Below, one piece after another: positions 30,295-39,329 of a stretch of 64,000 nucleotides of DNA. Within the stretch, counting starts at the first letter, position 1; every line of letters starts with the position of its first letter. The notes below the pieces were generated by a model that saw only the letters and a list, made by a program, of their open reading frames with translations, did not search any database and was not told the origin of the DNA. This DNA comes from Candidatus Aenigmatarchaeota archaeon. GTDB taxonomy: Archaea; Aenigmatarchaeota; Aenigmatarchaeia; QMZP01. The position numbers and the translations under genes are program-made. Location: the NCBI GenBank assembly GCA_043824495.1, contig JBDRSV010000024.1, positions 91,056 to 155,055 on the forward strand, written 5' to 3'.

Positions 30295-31659
30295 ATGTTA
30301 ACAATGAATACCAACAGAGAAGGAGAAAGTCAAATGTGTAACATCATCATCCGTACCATCGTGGCACTGGCACTCATGGTTCTGATCGTGCCGGCCATCA
30401 CCAACATCGCAATTGCGGACGGAACGCCGTGTGGTCTCACCGTAGGTAATGGCAACGACATCGATCGCGACTTCGTTGCATTCCTCAACAAAGAAGGAAT
30501 CAGATGGTTAACAATCGAGGAATTCGTTGAGTGCTACTCCCAACTGATCGGTCCAGGTAGTACCATGTTGAGCACCACTCGGGGATATGGCTGGGGATAT
30601 ATTGACGTTCCTTTCAAGTTTGGCGATTCGGTCGCGTCTATAGTGAACATGGAGATCATGCCAGGCGTCCGGATCAATATGGCTTGGGATCAAGCGGTCA
30701 TCTTCTACAAATATGCGAATAATCATGGAATGCATATTCTGAAGAAGACGGAGAATGACCGTGAGGTTCCGGCCTGGAGCGGCTTGATTGATGAAGCTAC
30801 GGTGCGTCAACATGTCAACGGCTTCGAAGTGTCCGCGCAGATTCCGAGTGATGTTCTGGAATCGGATGTTGCGATTATCCGGATGCGAGATTTAAAGGAC
30901 GCCTACTTGGCCGAGAACACCGACGTTATCGAGTCTTACCTCATCGAGAAGTTTGACCTCGACGACGATTCCGAGCCGTATTCTGACAATCGGCCAAATA
31001 TATTTCATCGCAGTGGCGAAGTCTTACTGGACTCGGAGATGTTCTTCGTGTATGAAGGTCTGGAAATTCTCAATCTCATCATCAATGATCGGTGGATTGG
31101 TGTACGATTCCCCGGATCGACCTATATCCACTTCATCAACATCGGACCGAGAAAAGTCCACGACTTGAATGCCAACTTCGTCGAGACGAAAACTCCGAAC
31201 AACACCGGCGGTCAGATCAGTATCCCGCAGGATGTGATCGAAAAGATGACGTGGATCGATTCCGTCTATTCGGATAGGATGTCCCCGAATCCGATGTTAG
31301 GTTTCGGAAACGGTGAGTACCTGGCGAGCTCTGGGATCGTTTCGTTCGCGTGGGTTGCCTGGACCAACACCGATGGCAACCTCCAGTTCTATCTCAATGT
31401 TCTCCTTAACATTGATCATCAGGTGACGATCGAGACTGTGTCTCACTACGGTGGGCCTGATGTTTGGAGGGCGTGGAGTCCGAATCAGACCTGCACAGAG
31501 GTGGAGACTGGAAACGGCTGGTGTTATATTCACTGTTCCCAGTCGGAAAGTGGACCTCGAATCTGCGACTATAGACAAGCCTTGGACGATGCAGTCGCGG
31601 CGTTCAATGGCATCGATTTCTTCACGAACATGAAGGTGATCATGTACACGGTGAAGTAA
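30295..31659 (+). CDS. Secreted protein, paralog B (hypothetical)
   Basis: Signal peptide and TM region (IIIRTIVALALMVLIVPAI). Shares the C-terminal module with paralog A, and has the same hairpin-plus-TTGACAAT upstream module. Confidence 0.55.
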   Translation: MLTMNTNREGESQMCNIIIRTIVALALMVLIVPAITNIAIADGTPCGLTVGNGNDIDRDFVAFLNKEGIRWLTIEEFVECYSQLIGPGSTMLSTTRGYGWGYIDVPFKFGDSVASIVNMEIMPGVRINMAWDQAVIFYKYANNHGMHILKKTENDREVPAWSGLIDEATVRQHVNGFEVSAQIPSDVLESDVAIIRMRDLKDAYLAENTDVIESYLIEKFDLDDDSEPYSDNRPNIFHRSGEVLLDSEMFFVYEGLEILNLIINDRWIGVRFPGSTYIHFINIGPRKVHDLNANFVETKTPNNTGGQISIPQDVIEKMTWIDSVYSDRMSPNPMLGFGNGEYLASSGIVSFAWVAWTNTDGNLQFYLNVLLNIDHQVTIETVSHYGGPDVWRAWSPNQTCTEVETGNGWCYIHCSQSESGPRICDYRQALDDAVAAFNGIDFFTNMKVIMYTVK

Positions 31660-32092
31660 AGCCGAACGCCACGAATTACTAATCCGCTCTTCTTCCCAAA
31701 GAAGTGTGGCTAGTGTGAAAGGAGTATGGGAAGGTTCCACAGTAGTAGCATCAACGGCAAAAAGTAAAAGACAAAAAAATGAAGGCCAAACCCGAGGAGG
31801 AACTCGAAGTGAAGACGAAACGAAGGTCATGCCAATATCCCATTTCGCCCATGATGGCGACTCATATTCTCATAGTCTGACCGGCCGCCGGCGACGCCAC
31901 GGGCCTCTTATATAGTTAGCGGGGCCCATCGCCAATGCAGTCAAAATCCCGGGTAGGCTTCAACCCCTACCCGGGGTTCCAAATGAGCTCATCTAGTTCA
32001 GATATTTTCTAGGTGGGCCCATTTGGAATTGTAAATGATTGTTGACTGTTCAATGAGCGTTCCGAAAGGAACATTGCAAGGAGATTTTTATC

Positions 32093-32557
32093 ATGACACA
32101 GCAGATGACATCAGTACCAGATGGTTGGGGCGGAGCAGGTGGCGACAGTCTCGGCACAGATGCACTCGAGCTTCTGAAGAAAATGGGATTCGACAATGCA
32201 ATGGGACAAGCGTTGCTCGGCAGCTTTAATCCACAGGGTTTCGTGGATGCGCTTCTCACGTTCCGACCGTTCCCGGTTGGCGGAGTCTCTCCCGAAGCTC
32301 GGAACGAGAGCAGAGAAGCTCAGTGGATTTATCTCACATGGATCTTCACCAGTCGGCAGAGAGCCTCCTTTCCCGTCGAAGGGGTGAGTGGCCTTGCTGA
32401 CTTCGTGGATATTGTCCGGAAAGCACAGAGCGATGCGGACGCGAACGAACATGCAGTTCGAATCTTGTCCAGGTTTGGGTGTGTCGATCTCCTCGTTGGT
32501 GAAGGTCGGACCTTCTTGCACACGAAAGCCATCGATTTCGCTAATTCCCAAACGTAA
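32093..32557 (+). CDS. Hypothetical protein
   Basis: Complete 154-aa ORF flanked on both sides by the repeated intergenic hairpin module. Confidence 0.45.
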   Translation: MTQQMTSVPDGWGGAGGDSLGTDALELLKKMGFDNAMGQALLGSFNPQGFVDALLTFRPFPVGGVSPEARNESREAQWIYLTWIFTSRQRASFPVEGVSGLADFVDIVRKAQSDADANEHAVRILSRFGCVDLLVGEGRTFLHTKAIDFANSQT

Positions 32558-32757
32558 GTCCGCGACATCACCAACCAATCCCGGGAACAAGACAGTTCAA
32601 TCTGTTCCCGGGTTCCAAATGAGTTCATGTGGTTTGATTTCTTGACTAGGTGGGCTCATTTGGAATTGAGTTGTAGTAGAACCATAACCCATTCACGACC
32701 TTTTGTCGACCCTGTCTGATATCAGTTCAGGGAAGAATCTAAAGGAAGGAGAATTCA

Positions 32758-34749
32758 ATGCATTCACTCCAAGAAGTAAAAGAACACATCAAGACAACGA
32801 TGTGCAAAGCGGTTCAAGTGAATCGCTGGATGATGTGGATCGCGCTCGTCGTCATATGTATTGTGGCGATTGAGTTGTTCGTTTGGTTGCCTTCACTGCC
32901 AGAAGAGGCGCAAGACGTCCTTTCCCCATTCATAGAAGGTGGAAACAGGAATGCAGGCACGTTATTACTCCACTTCTTCTGTTTCATGGGTGCATTGGTG
33001 TCTATCTTCTTCAAAATCTTCGGTCCGATCACAAGATCTTATGATAATACACTTTTCTGGGAACTCCATCTGGGTGGAACAAAAAGGATCGGATTCCGCC
33101 TGGGTGACTGGCCTACTGGTGTGTTCATTGAAGCGGCAGACGTTCTCAGTGATTTACCAGCGAATGTCAGGAAAAGAATTCCGTGCACCCAGTATGCTGT
33201 TTCTCGAATTAAAAGCGTAACGGAATTCGACGACAGCGGTAGAGCCATCGTCCCACGGGATGAGAGTGTGTCTTCTGTGAGATTCGCCACAGTGGATGAT
33301 GGTCGACCGGGAACGCTCGACTTGGATAGGGTGTTCTCCTGGGCGCATAAGTACATCCGAGGCTATTATATCTGCCTGGCCTTTACATGTCTGTTCCTGG
33401 CTTGGCCGGTGATAACCGGCTACTCGATCGCGAGCTTCATGCACGACCTCCCGGTCCAGATCCACGACATCGCTGTTGACCCATCTCAGAATTCGACGAA
33501 AGTAATCGTCAGTTCTGATCGCAATGTCCGGTATGACTCAAGAATCGAGGTTGCAGATGACTGTGTCTGCTCCCGATTCATTCTGAACATATACCCGGCA
33601 AAGTGTGATTTCCTGGAGGAGATCTTTGCCAGTGACTATGTAATGAGAGGGTATTATGGGGCTCGAACCAACACCGGGCAGCTCTCCGAAGCAACTGGAT
33701 GGAATGGTGTCAGGCAAATCAACATCAGACAAGTTGGTGACACCATCAAGATTGTACTCGGCCTGAAAGATATGGTTGAGTACGCAATGAGTCGCTCGTC
33801 AGAGCACGGCACAAAGGATCTGGTCGTTGGTCTGGACACGCCAGTCGAGTCCAAACAGACATCGGGCGAATATTGGACCGCGAACAAGTTCGCAGATCAG
33901 TACGAAGTTCCTGACAACAATGCCCGTCGCGAGTCATCGTGTGGTGAATGGAAGTCGTTCGTCAGATTTGTATCTGCGGATAGTAACAACGTATACTTCT
34001 CTGCCAGATACGGTGGAGTGTACAGAGTGGATATGAATGGATGGATTGACACGATCGTCCCAAACAACGAGGTTGATTACTACCACACGCCAGTGAGTAG
34101 CGGTAATAAACTCGCTGGCATCCATGATGGGAATGATCTCTGTATTGTGGATATGGATACCAGAAAGGTCAAGAACGTCACCCATGGACAAATATGGGAC
34201 GTCGATTGGGTCTCGGACACCGGACTCGTGTTCTGGAGAGATCTTGATGGTGTCTGTTACTACTCCCTCTCTGCGGACTCGTCTTGGTCTTTGAACAAAA
34301 AGGCCAAATTCCCATCTGTGTGTGGGGATAAGATATTCTACCTCACACACTTACGCACCCATCGGGATGAGTGGGATTCCACACTAATCTGGGAGATGAG
34401 CCTTGACGGGTCTTCCAGAACCGTAGCTAGGTTGAAGGGAGGCTACTCACACCTGAGTATGTCTTCGGACTGCTCAATTGCAGTTCTGAAAGAGCCGTAT
34501 AGTTCTGACCGCACGTGGGTCAATAGAATCAAAACATTCTCCTTCAACGACTGCATTATGACAACACTGACGGAGTGTGGTGAGTCTCCAAGGATCACTA
34601 CAGACAATCGAATTGTTTATGTCAAGTTGTATCCTGTGGAGGGGCGTGGGGATTTCAACTCGAACTCAGAAGTCCGGATCATGGATCTGGACGGCAGAAA
34701 CGACACCTTGATTGTCAACAGAGAGGAACTCCGGAAGTTTCCGATGTAA
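32758..34749 (+). CDS. Membrane protein with a large C-terminal beta-propeller-like extracytoplasmic domain (hypothetical)
   Basis: N-terminal TM helices, 663 aa. Repetitive W/D/G-rich blade-like segments. The upstream leader is conserved with the 28241 gene. Confidence 0.55.
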   Translation: MHSLQEVKEHIKTTMCKAVQVNRWMMWIALVVICIVAIELFVWLPSLPEEAQDVLSPFIEGGNRNAGTLLLHFFCFMGALVSIFFKIFGPITRSYDNTLFWELHLGGTKRIGFRLGDWPTGVFIEAADVLSDLPANVRKRIPCTQYAVSRIKSVTEFDDSGRAIVPRDESVSSVRFATVDDGRPGTLDLDRVFSWAHKYIRGYYICLAFTCLFLAWPVITGYSIASFMHDLPVQIHDIAVDPSQNSTKVIVSSDRNVRYDSRIEVADDCVCSRFILNIYPAKCDFLEEIFASDYVMRGYYGARTNTGQLSEATGWNGVRQINIRQVGDTIKIVLGLKDMVEYAMSRSSEHGTKDLVVGLDTPVESKQTSGEYWTANKFADQYEVPDNNARRESSCGEWKSFVRFVSADSNNVYFSARYGGVYRVDMNGWIDTIVPNNEVDYYHTPVSSGNKLAGIHDGNDLCIVDMDTRKVKNVTHGQIWDVDWVSDTGLVFWRDLDGVCYYSLSADSSWSLNKKAKFPSVCGDKIFYLTHLRTHRDEWDSTLIWEMSLDGSSRTVARLKGGYSHLSMSSDCSIAVLKEPYSSDRTWVNRIKTFSFNDCIMTTLTECGESPRITTDNRIVYVKLYPVEGRGDFNSNSEVRIMDLDGRNDTLIVNREELRKFPM

Positions 34750-34830
34750 GCGTGTAGTTATCATTCACACCCCGCCTGGATTCAATTCCAGGCGGGGTTG
34801 ATCATGAAATAAAGAGAAGGGGAGTGTACC

Positions 34831-35835
34831 ATGATAAAAATGTTTGGTAAACTGCTCTGCGGAGTTGCCATGGTTGTAGGCGGGTTGATCGCAGTGCTAG
34901 CGACGATCACTTTCTTCGCAGTCATTGGGAACATGGTAATCGATACTTACAAAATTGGCATGCATTTCTCTCCGTTGTTACCGACAGCCTTCATCAGCCT
35001 TTGGGTCGCCGCCGTCATGCTTTGGATTACCACCCTCGGCGCGAAAGGCCTCGGATGGTCGGTATCATGCCATTTGAAATTCAACATCGGTTACGGTTCC
35101 ATGCTGCTGGGAATCGTCGGCGTAATTGTGATCCTGGGATACTACACATATCTCTTCACCTTTGCTGACATCCCAGGACAACTGGTTGTCCTCAGTATTG
35201 ACGGTATGGAGACGTTCAGTCGGGTGGAAGTTCGTCTCATGAAAATCATGGATTTGGTGCCTCTACTATTCGCATCCATTTGCACCGGATTCACCGGACT
35301 GGCTCTCTGGTGGGGACGAATACAATCAATCCGGTTTCCGTTCTCCCGTTGGTTCGGAATCGCTGTCGCGATGATTCTTGTTATTGTCATGGCAGTGCCT
35401 GTTCTTGGTCAGGCCGATTCCACAGGCTTCACTGAGGCCAAGACCCATCTTTGTGGGATGCAGATGAATTATGCTGAATATTTCGGTGAGTTGTTCGCGG
35501 CGCGTTTCGCATCCCGGGAACTTGATATCAATATCTTCGATGCCGATGAAGAGTGGATGTGGAGAATGGTTGATTCAACATTCTACCGAAGGGATACACT
35601 CTTTGCTGTCAGAGACGGGTTCTCGTCGGTATTTAATATGGCCGAAGAGAAGGCCGAGCTTGTGGCCGCGACTGATCTGGCGAGAATTGTCGGGAAAATC
35701 AGGGGAATCCCGGAAGGTGAACGCGTTCCTTTAAGGTATTGTTTCCGTGGGGGACAGTTCATCAAGAAAGATACAAACAGAGGTTACCATGCGGTTGTAG
35801 TGCAGATTCTTCCGCTGTCTGAGAATCTGGAGTGA
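34831..35835 (+). CDS. Multi-pass membrane protein (hypothetical)
   Basis: At least six hydrophobic helices. SD GAAGGGGAG. Confidence 0.5.
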   Translation: MIKMFGKLLCGVAMVVGGLIAVLATITFFAVIGNMVIDTYKIGMHFSPLLPTAFISLWVAAVMLWITTLGAKGLGWSVSCHLKFNIGYGSMLLGIVGVIVILGYYTYLFTFADIPGQLVVLSIDGMETFSRVEVRLMKIMDLVPLLFASICTGFTGLALWWGRIQSIRFPFSRWFGIAVAMILVIVMAVPVLGQADSTGFTEAKTHLCGMQMNYAEYFGELFAARFASRELDINIFDADEEWMWRMVDSTFYRRDTLFAVRDGFSSVFNMAEEKAELVAATDLARIVGKIRGIPEGERVPLRYCFRGGQFIKKDTNRGYHAVVVQILPLSENLE

Positions 35836-35973
35836 AACCAACATTATCCTTTCAACATTTGATGGAGGACGGGTCATGAAACTAGTCTTAAATCGTAGGC
35901 ATCTTATAGATCCCGCCAGTGTCATTGGGCCACGCGTGAACTGGTTGTTCTCCTGAATGGCCAAGAGGTTCAG

Positions 35974-36222
35974 GTGCGTCCTATCGACCAGACGATAATT
36001 CTGATCGGACGCGATCCGGAATGTGACGTAATACTCGATAATCGCGCCGTCGACTTCTTCCATGCTCACATTGATTTCGGCGAGAATTTTGTAGTAATTG
36101 ACAACGTGTCACTCAACGGCACGTTTGTCAACGGAGAAAAGGTCGAGAAAGCGGTTCTCCGTCCTGGTGATGTGATCACAATAGCCAGGTATGAGATTCA
36201 CATCCGGTCCCTCCGGAAGTAG
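35974..36222 (+). CDS. FHA-domain protein, N-terminally truncated or frameshifted
   Basis: GRDPECDVILDNRAVDFFHAHIDF...DNVSLNGTFVNGEKV...PGDVITIARYEI is the FHA consensus. The FHA-like sequence continues upstream (ELVVLLNGQEVQV) with no start codon. MKLVLNRR... sits in a different frame at 35876-35953. Confidence 0.6.
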   Translation: MRPIDQTIILIGRDPECDVILDNRAVDFFHAHIDFGENFVVIDNVSLNGTFVNGEKVEKAVLRPGDVITIARYEIHIRSLRK

Positions 36223-36286
36223 ACGACGCGATGGTAGTCTTGTTCCAATTCCGTACAGGTGTTTACAAAATCTGTGCGGGATTTGT

Positions 36287-36308
36287 ATTGTCTAATTAAA
36301 GGGATATA
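36287..36308 (-). repeat. Junction motif copy 4 (ATTGTCTAATTAAAGGGATATA), at the right edge of a GC-rich block
   Basis: Inverse orientation, the same variant as copy 1. An 8-bp stem (CCGTACAG...CTGTGCGG) precedes it on the GC side. Confidence 0.6.
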
Positions 36309-36390
36309 AGAGTTAAGGCTTTGCACAAAAACTCTGTTTTACACAAAAACTGTGCTTAGCCTAAAAAATTCAAGAAAAAGGAGGTGAAGC

Positions 36391-36609
36391 GTGAAAAAGG
36401 TTAAAAGTTGGAAATCTAAAGATAATAATATGATGATTACTCCAAGATTAGTGTTAATGTTCATTTTTGGACTTATTGCTATTTATGGTCTTTTTGCTGC
36501 TCTTAGTCCAGAAAGGTATATAATTCCTCTAGTTTCAGGTGAATTTGCACAAATTATTGGGTTTATTATATTTATCATAGCAGGTTATTTTTTTGTTAGG
36601 TTTAGATAA
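36391..36609 (+). CDS. Small membrane protein (hypothetical)
   Basis: Two TM helices, with an RBS-like GGAGGTGAAG upstream. Confidence 0.3.
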   Translation: MKKVKSWKSKDNNMMITPRLVLMFIFGLIAIYGLFAALSPERYIIPLVSGEFAQIIGFIIFIIAGYFFVRFR

Positions 36610-36874
36610 TATGGACAAAATACAACTTAAAAAGAATAAGATAGATCTGGAAGCTAGATATATAATGCAAGAAAGAAATGCTATTTTATTGGCCCTCCCT
36701 GCTTTACCATTAACTTCTTTTAACTTGGGTTTGTTTGTAGGTCAACTTGATCCATTAGTCTCTGCATTCATTGCTTTGGTTGTTTTTGAATATCTTTATT
36801 TTATTAAGCTTCATTTTGATCGAAAATTAAAGGATAAAATAAAAGAAATTGATGATCTGATGAGAATTACCTAA
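36593..36874 (+). CDS. Small membrane protein (hypothetical)
   Basis: Overlaps the preceding ORF, and has a hydrophobic core. Confidence 0.3.
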   Translation: MLGLDNMDKIQLKKNKIDLEARYIMQERNAILLALPALPLTSFNLGLFVGQLDPLVSAFIALVVFEYLYFIKLHFDRKLKDKIKEIDDLMRIT

Positions 36875-36935
36875 GGCGAATTCTGACCAAAAACCCTTGC
36901 ATTGATTTATATTCCTTTCCAACTAATTCTTTCCT

Positions 36936-37589
36936 ATGACAAAACCAATCGCACTATCGGCAAGTAGCATAAGACTTTTCCTAGAGTGCCCTCGATGCTT
37001 CTGGCTGCATATAAACAAGAAGGTAAGAAGGCCTTCGGGAGCTTTCCCATCGTTGCCAGCGGGTATGGACAAGATACTCAAGATACACTTTGATGAGTAC
37101 AGGGAGAAAGGCAAGATACCAAAAGAGCTAGAAGGCAAATTCAGCGGCAAGCTTTTTGGTGATACAGAAATATTGGGTGTGTGGCGTAACAACAGAAAAG
37201 GGCTAAGACATACAGACAAAAAGAGTGGCATTATTCTCATGGGAGCGTTAGATGACCTCTTTGTCACCAATAATGGACAGTTTGCACCATTGGACTTCAA
37301 AACAAGAGGCTATCCCCTCAAGGAAGACACACATGAACACTATCAGCACCAGATGGACATTTACTCATATCTTCTAGAAAAGAACAACATGAAGACTGCA
37401 GGCTATGCAATACTCATATTCTACCATCCGAAACGTGTTACAAGCACATGCAATGTTGAGTTTAATGCAGACCCTTTGAAGGTGAAGACCAGCATAAAGG
37501 ACGGTGAGAAGATATTTTTGGATGCTGTAAAATGCCTTTCGGGGAAAGAGCCCAATCCTGGCAAGGACTGTGGGTTTTGTAGATGGTGA
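36936..37589 (+). CDS. Cas4-like/RecB-family PD-(D/E)xK nuclease with an Fe-S cluster cysteine set
   Basis: N-terminal CPRC. Motif II GALDDL, motif III LDFKT, QhxxY (HQMDIYSYLL), and C-terminal C...CGFC. No CRISPR array nearby. Confidence 0.65.
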   Translation: MTKPIALSASSIRLFLECPRCFWLHINKKVRRPSGAFPSLPAGMDKILKIHFDEYREKGKIPKELEGKFSGKLFGDTEILGVWRNNRKGLRHTDKKSGIILMGALDDLFVTNNGQFAPLDFKTRGYPLKEDTHEHYQHQMDIYSYLLEKNNMKTAGYAILIFYHPKRVTSTCNVEFNADPLKVKTSIKDGEKIFLDAVKCLSGKEPNPGKDCGFCRW

Positions 37590-37696
37590 TTCAAATCTAT
37601 TTTCAGTGTCAAACAAACCTATTTAAATAAAACAGACCACTTTCTATTGGAACTAATTAAATATATACCAACTGAAACCAATAATTAATAGTTCAT

Positions 37697-38329
37697 ATGC
37701 TTATGGACGAACGAAAACCAGAAATAAAAATTGTAGATAGGTCATTCTTACTTTACCTTCTATCGAAGGCCCAAGAAGCTAAAGCAGAATTAGGTAGAAC
37801 CTTATTACAGAAATTTGTTTTCGCTACTGAGGTTACTACGAAAGGAAAGGGTGGTGGAGGGCTAAATTATTATATTTATAAATGGAAACATGGTCCATTT
37901 AGCAAAGAGCTTGCACAAGATAGAGAAGTTCTTCTAAAAAACAATTTAATAACAGATAGTAATGAACTTACAAAAGAAGGGCATAAAATATTATCATATA
38001 TTAATCCCATTGTTGATAAAGATTCGGAATCTAAAGCCGTAATAAGTGTAATAACTAAAACTCTTTCTGGGAGAAGCTTGTCTCATATATTAGAAATTAT
38101 TTATAAGTCCGATTTTGATCTCCCAAATGGGAAAAGAATGAAAATAAAGACAATACCAGAGGGGACTCCAATGATTTTCAGATCGGAAGAACGAGATGTT
38201 AAAAACAGATCTCTCTTCACAGAATCTACGATAGAAACACTGGCCATAATGATGAATAAGGAAAAACATTCTTCTCTTAAGAAAGCCATGTCAATGCCGA
38301 TGATAGGAGAATTCAAATATGATATATGA
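37697..38329 (+). CDS. Hypothetical protein
   Basis: Complete 210-aa ORF. Its stop overlaps the next gene, so it is in an operon with it. Confidence 0.45.
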   Translation: MLMDERKPEIKIVDRSFLLYLLSKAQEAKAELGRTLLQKFVFATEVTTKGKGGGGLNYYIYKWKHGPFSKELAQDREVLLKNNLITDSNELTKEGHKILSYINPIVDKDSESKAVISVITKTLSGRSLSHILEIIYKSDFDLPNGKRMKIKTIPEGTPMIFRSEERDVKNRSLFTESTIETLAIMMNKEKHSSLKKAMSMPMIGEFKYDI

Positions 38330-38724
38330 TAAAAAAAAGATTTCTTGAAACTAGCGGATTTCGTGAATTCTTCCAAAGTTTGAGCGATTTCGACAAAAAA
38401 AATGTTAAAAAAATTATAGAAAAAATAAGAGAACGTGTGGAGTATAATATACTTAAACCAGATAGTTTTCTTCGCTATGAGTTTGCAGGCACGCGGAAAG
38501 AAAGAAGAGAAAGACTTAGAGTATTCTATCGCGTGTGTGAGGAATGCCGAAGACTAGGTCATGATAAAATCGAAGGCAGATGTCACGATTGCCCAAGAGA
38601 AGACGATATCATTTGTCTTATATGGGGAGACGATATTCGAGACGATGAAACATATAAAGATAAAACAATGCTTGACAGACCAGGAGCTAAAATAGATAAG
38701 AGGTCAAATGAATTCTGTGAATGA
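38326..38724 (+). CDS. Hypothetical protein with an internal C4 zinc ribbon (possible RelE-like core)
   Basis: RYEFAG...RVFYRV flanks CEECRRLGHDKIEGRCHDCP. The RelE-like resemblance is weak. Confidence 0.35.
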   Translation: MIKKRFLETSGFREFFQSLSDFDKKNVKKIIEKIRERVEYNILKPDSFLRYEFAGTRKERRERLRVFYRVCEECRRLGHDKIEGRCHDCPREDDIICLIWGDDIRDDETYKDKTMLDRPGAKIDKRSNEFCE

Positions 38725-38761
38725 ATTAATTTTTTATTTTACGGCGATTTTGGCCTAAAAC

Positions 38762-38995
38762 CTATCTATCAACAGTCTCTACCCACGGCGCTTTTCTCTC
38801 AGGCAGTTTACTTCCTTTGATCACTATCTTGAATTTTAGTGGATTAGTAATATGCTTTCTGAATTCGTCTTTCCTCATTTCTGTCAAGTGTCTGACTATC
38901 TCAACAACATTGAGTCTGTATTCTTCGCTGAATCCTTCTTTTGGTGGTTTAGGGTCCTTTATTCTAATGTCTTTTAGAATTATATCTACCATCAT
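38762..38995 (-). CDS. Hypothetical small protein
   Basis: Complete 77-aa ORF. Confidence 0.3.
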   Translation of the reverse strand: MMVDIILKDIRIKDPKPPKEGFSEEYRLNVVEIVRHLTEMRKDEFRKHITNPLKFKIVIKGSKLPERKAPWVETVDR

Positions 38996-39018
38996 TATAT
39001 TTGGAGCAAAGAAATAAA

Positions 39019-39324
39019 TTAGCTTTCAATTCGCGTGGGGAGCCCCGATTCTCTGAGGCGTTTTATACGTTCCTCATGAGTCATTTTACCTGTGCCTCTT
39101 TCTATAGAGTCCTTTATTTCTGTTTTAGATGCTTTGCATTCAGGACATTTGGTATGGACATCGAGCTTTTCTGGATGATATTTTGGTATCAATTTACTTC
39201 TTCCTGCAGCATGAGCTCTCCCTTCGCTATACCAATCAAGTGTTTTGGTAATATCAATATCCGCCTTTTTACAGAATGGGCACCTGATACTTTCTCTTGT
39301 AAATTCAGGTTTTGATCTTGTCAT
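39019..39324 (-). CDS. Zinc-ribbon protein (hypothetical), downstream of the RM gene
   Basis: CPFCKK...CPECK C4 zinc ribbon. It is 5 bp from the RM ORF. Confidence 0.4.
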   Translation of the reverse strand: MTRSKPEFTRESIRCPFCKKADIDITKTLDWYSEGRAHAAGRSKLIPKYHPEKLDVHTKCPECKASKTEIKDSIERGTGKMTHEERIKRLRESGLPTRIES

Positions 39325-39329
39325 ATATC

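Noticed and set aside
29846-30304. 152-aa minus-strand ORF overlapping secreted paralog A
   Set aside because: It is antisense to a well-supported plus-strand gene with an SD and signal peptide. It is a GC-rich artefact.
31297-31830. 177-aa minus-strand ORF
   Set aside because: It is antisense to the 3' end of the 30295-31659 gene, has no RBS, and shows GC-driven ORF inflation.
32111-32628. Minus-strand ORFs of 159 and 99 aa
   Set aside because: They are antisense to the 32093-32557 gene. No independent support.
33039-34350. Several 100-140-aa minus-strand ORFs inside the 32758-34749 gene
   Set aside because: All are antisense to a long, coherent membrane and beta-propeller ORF.
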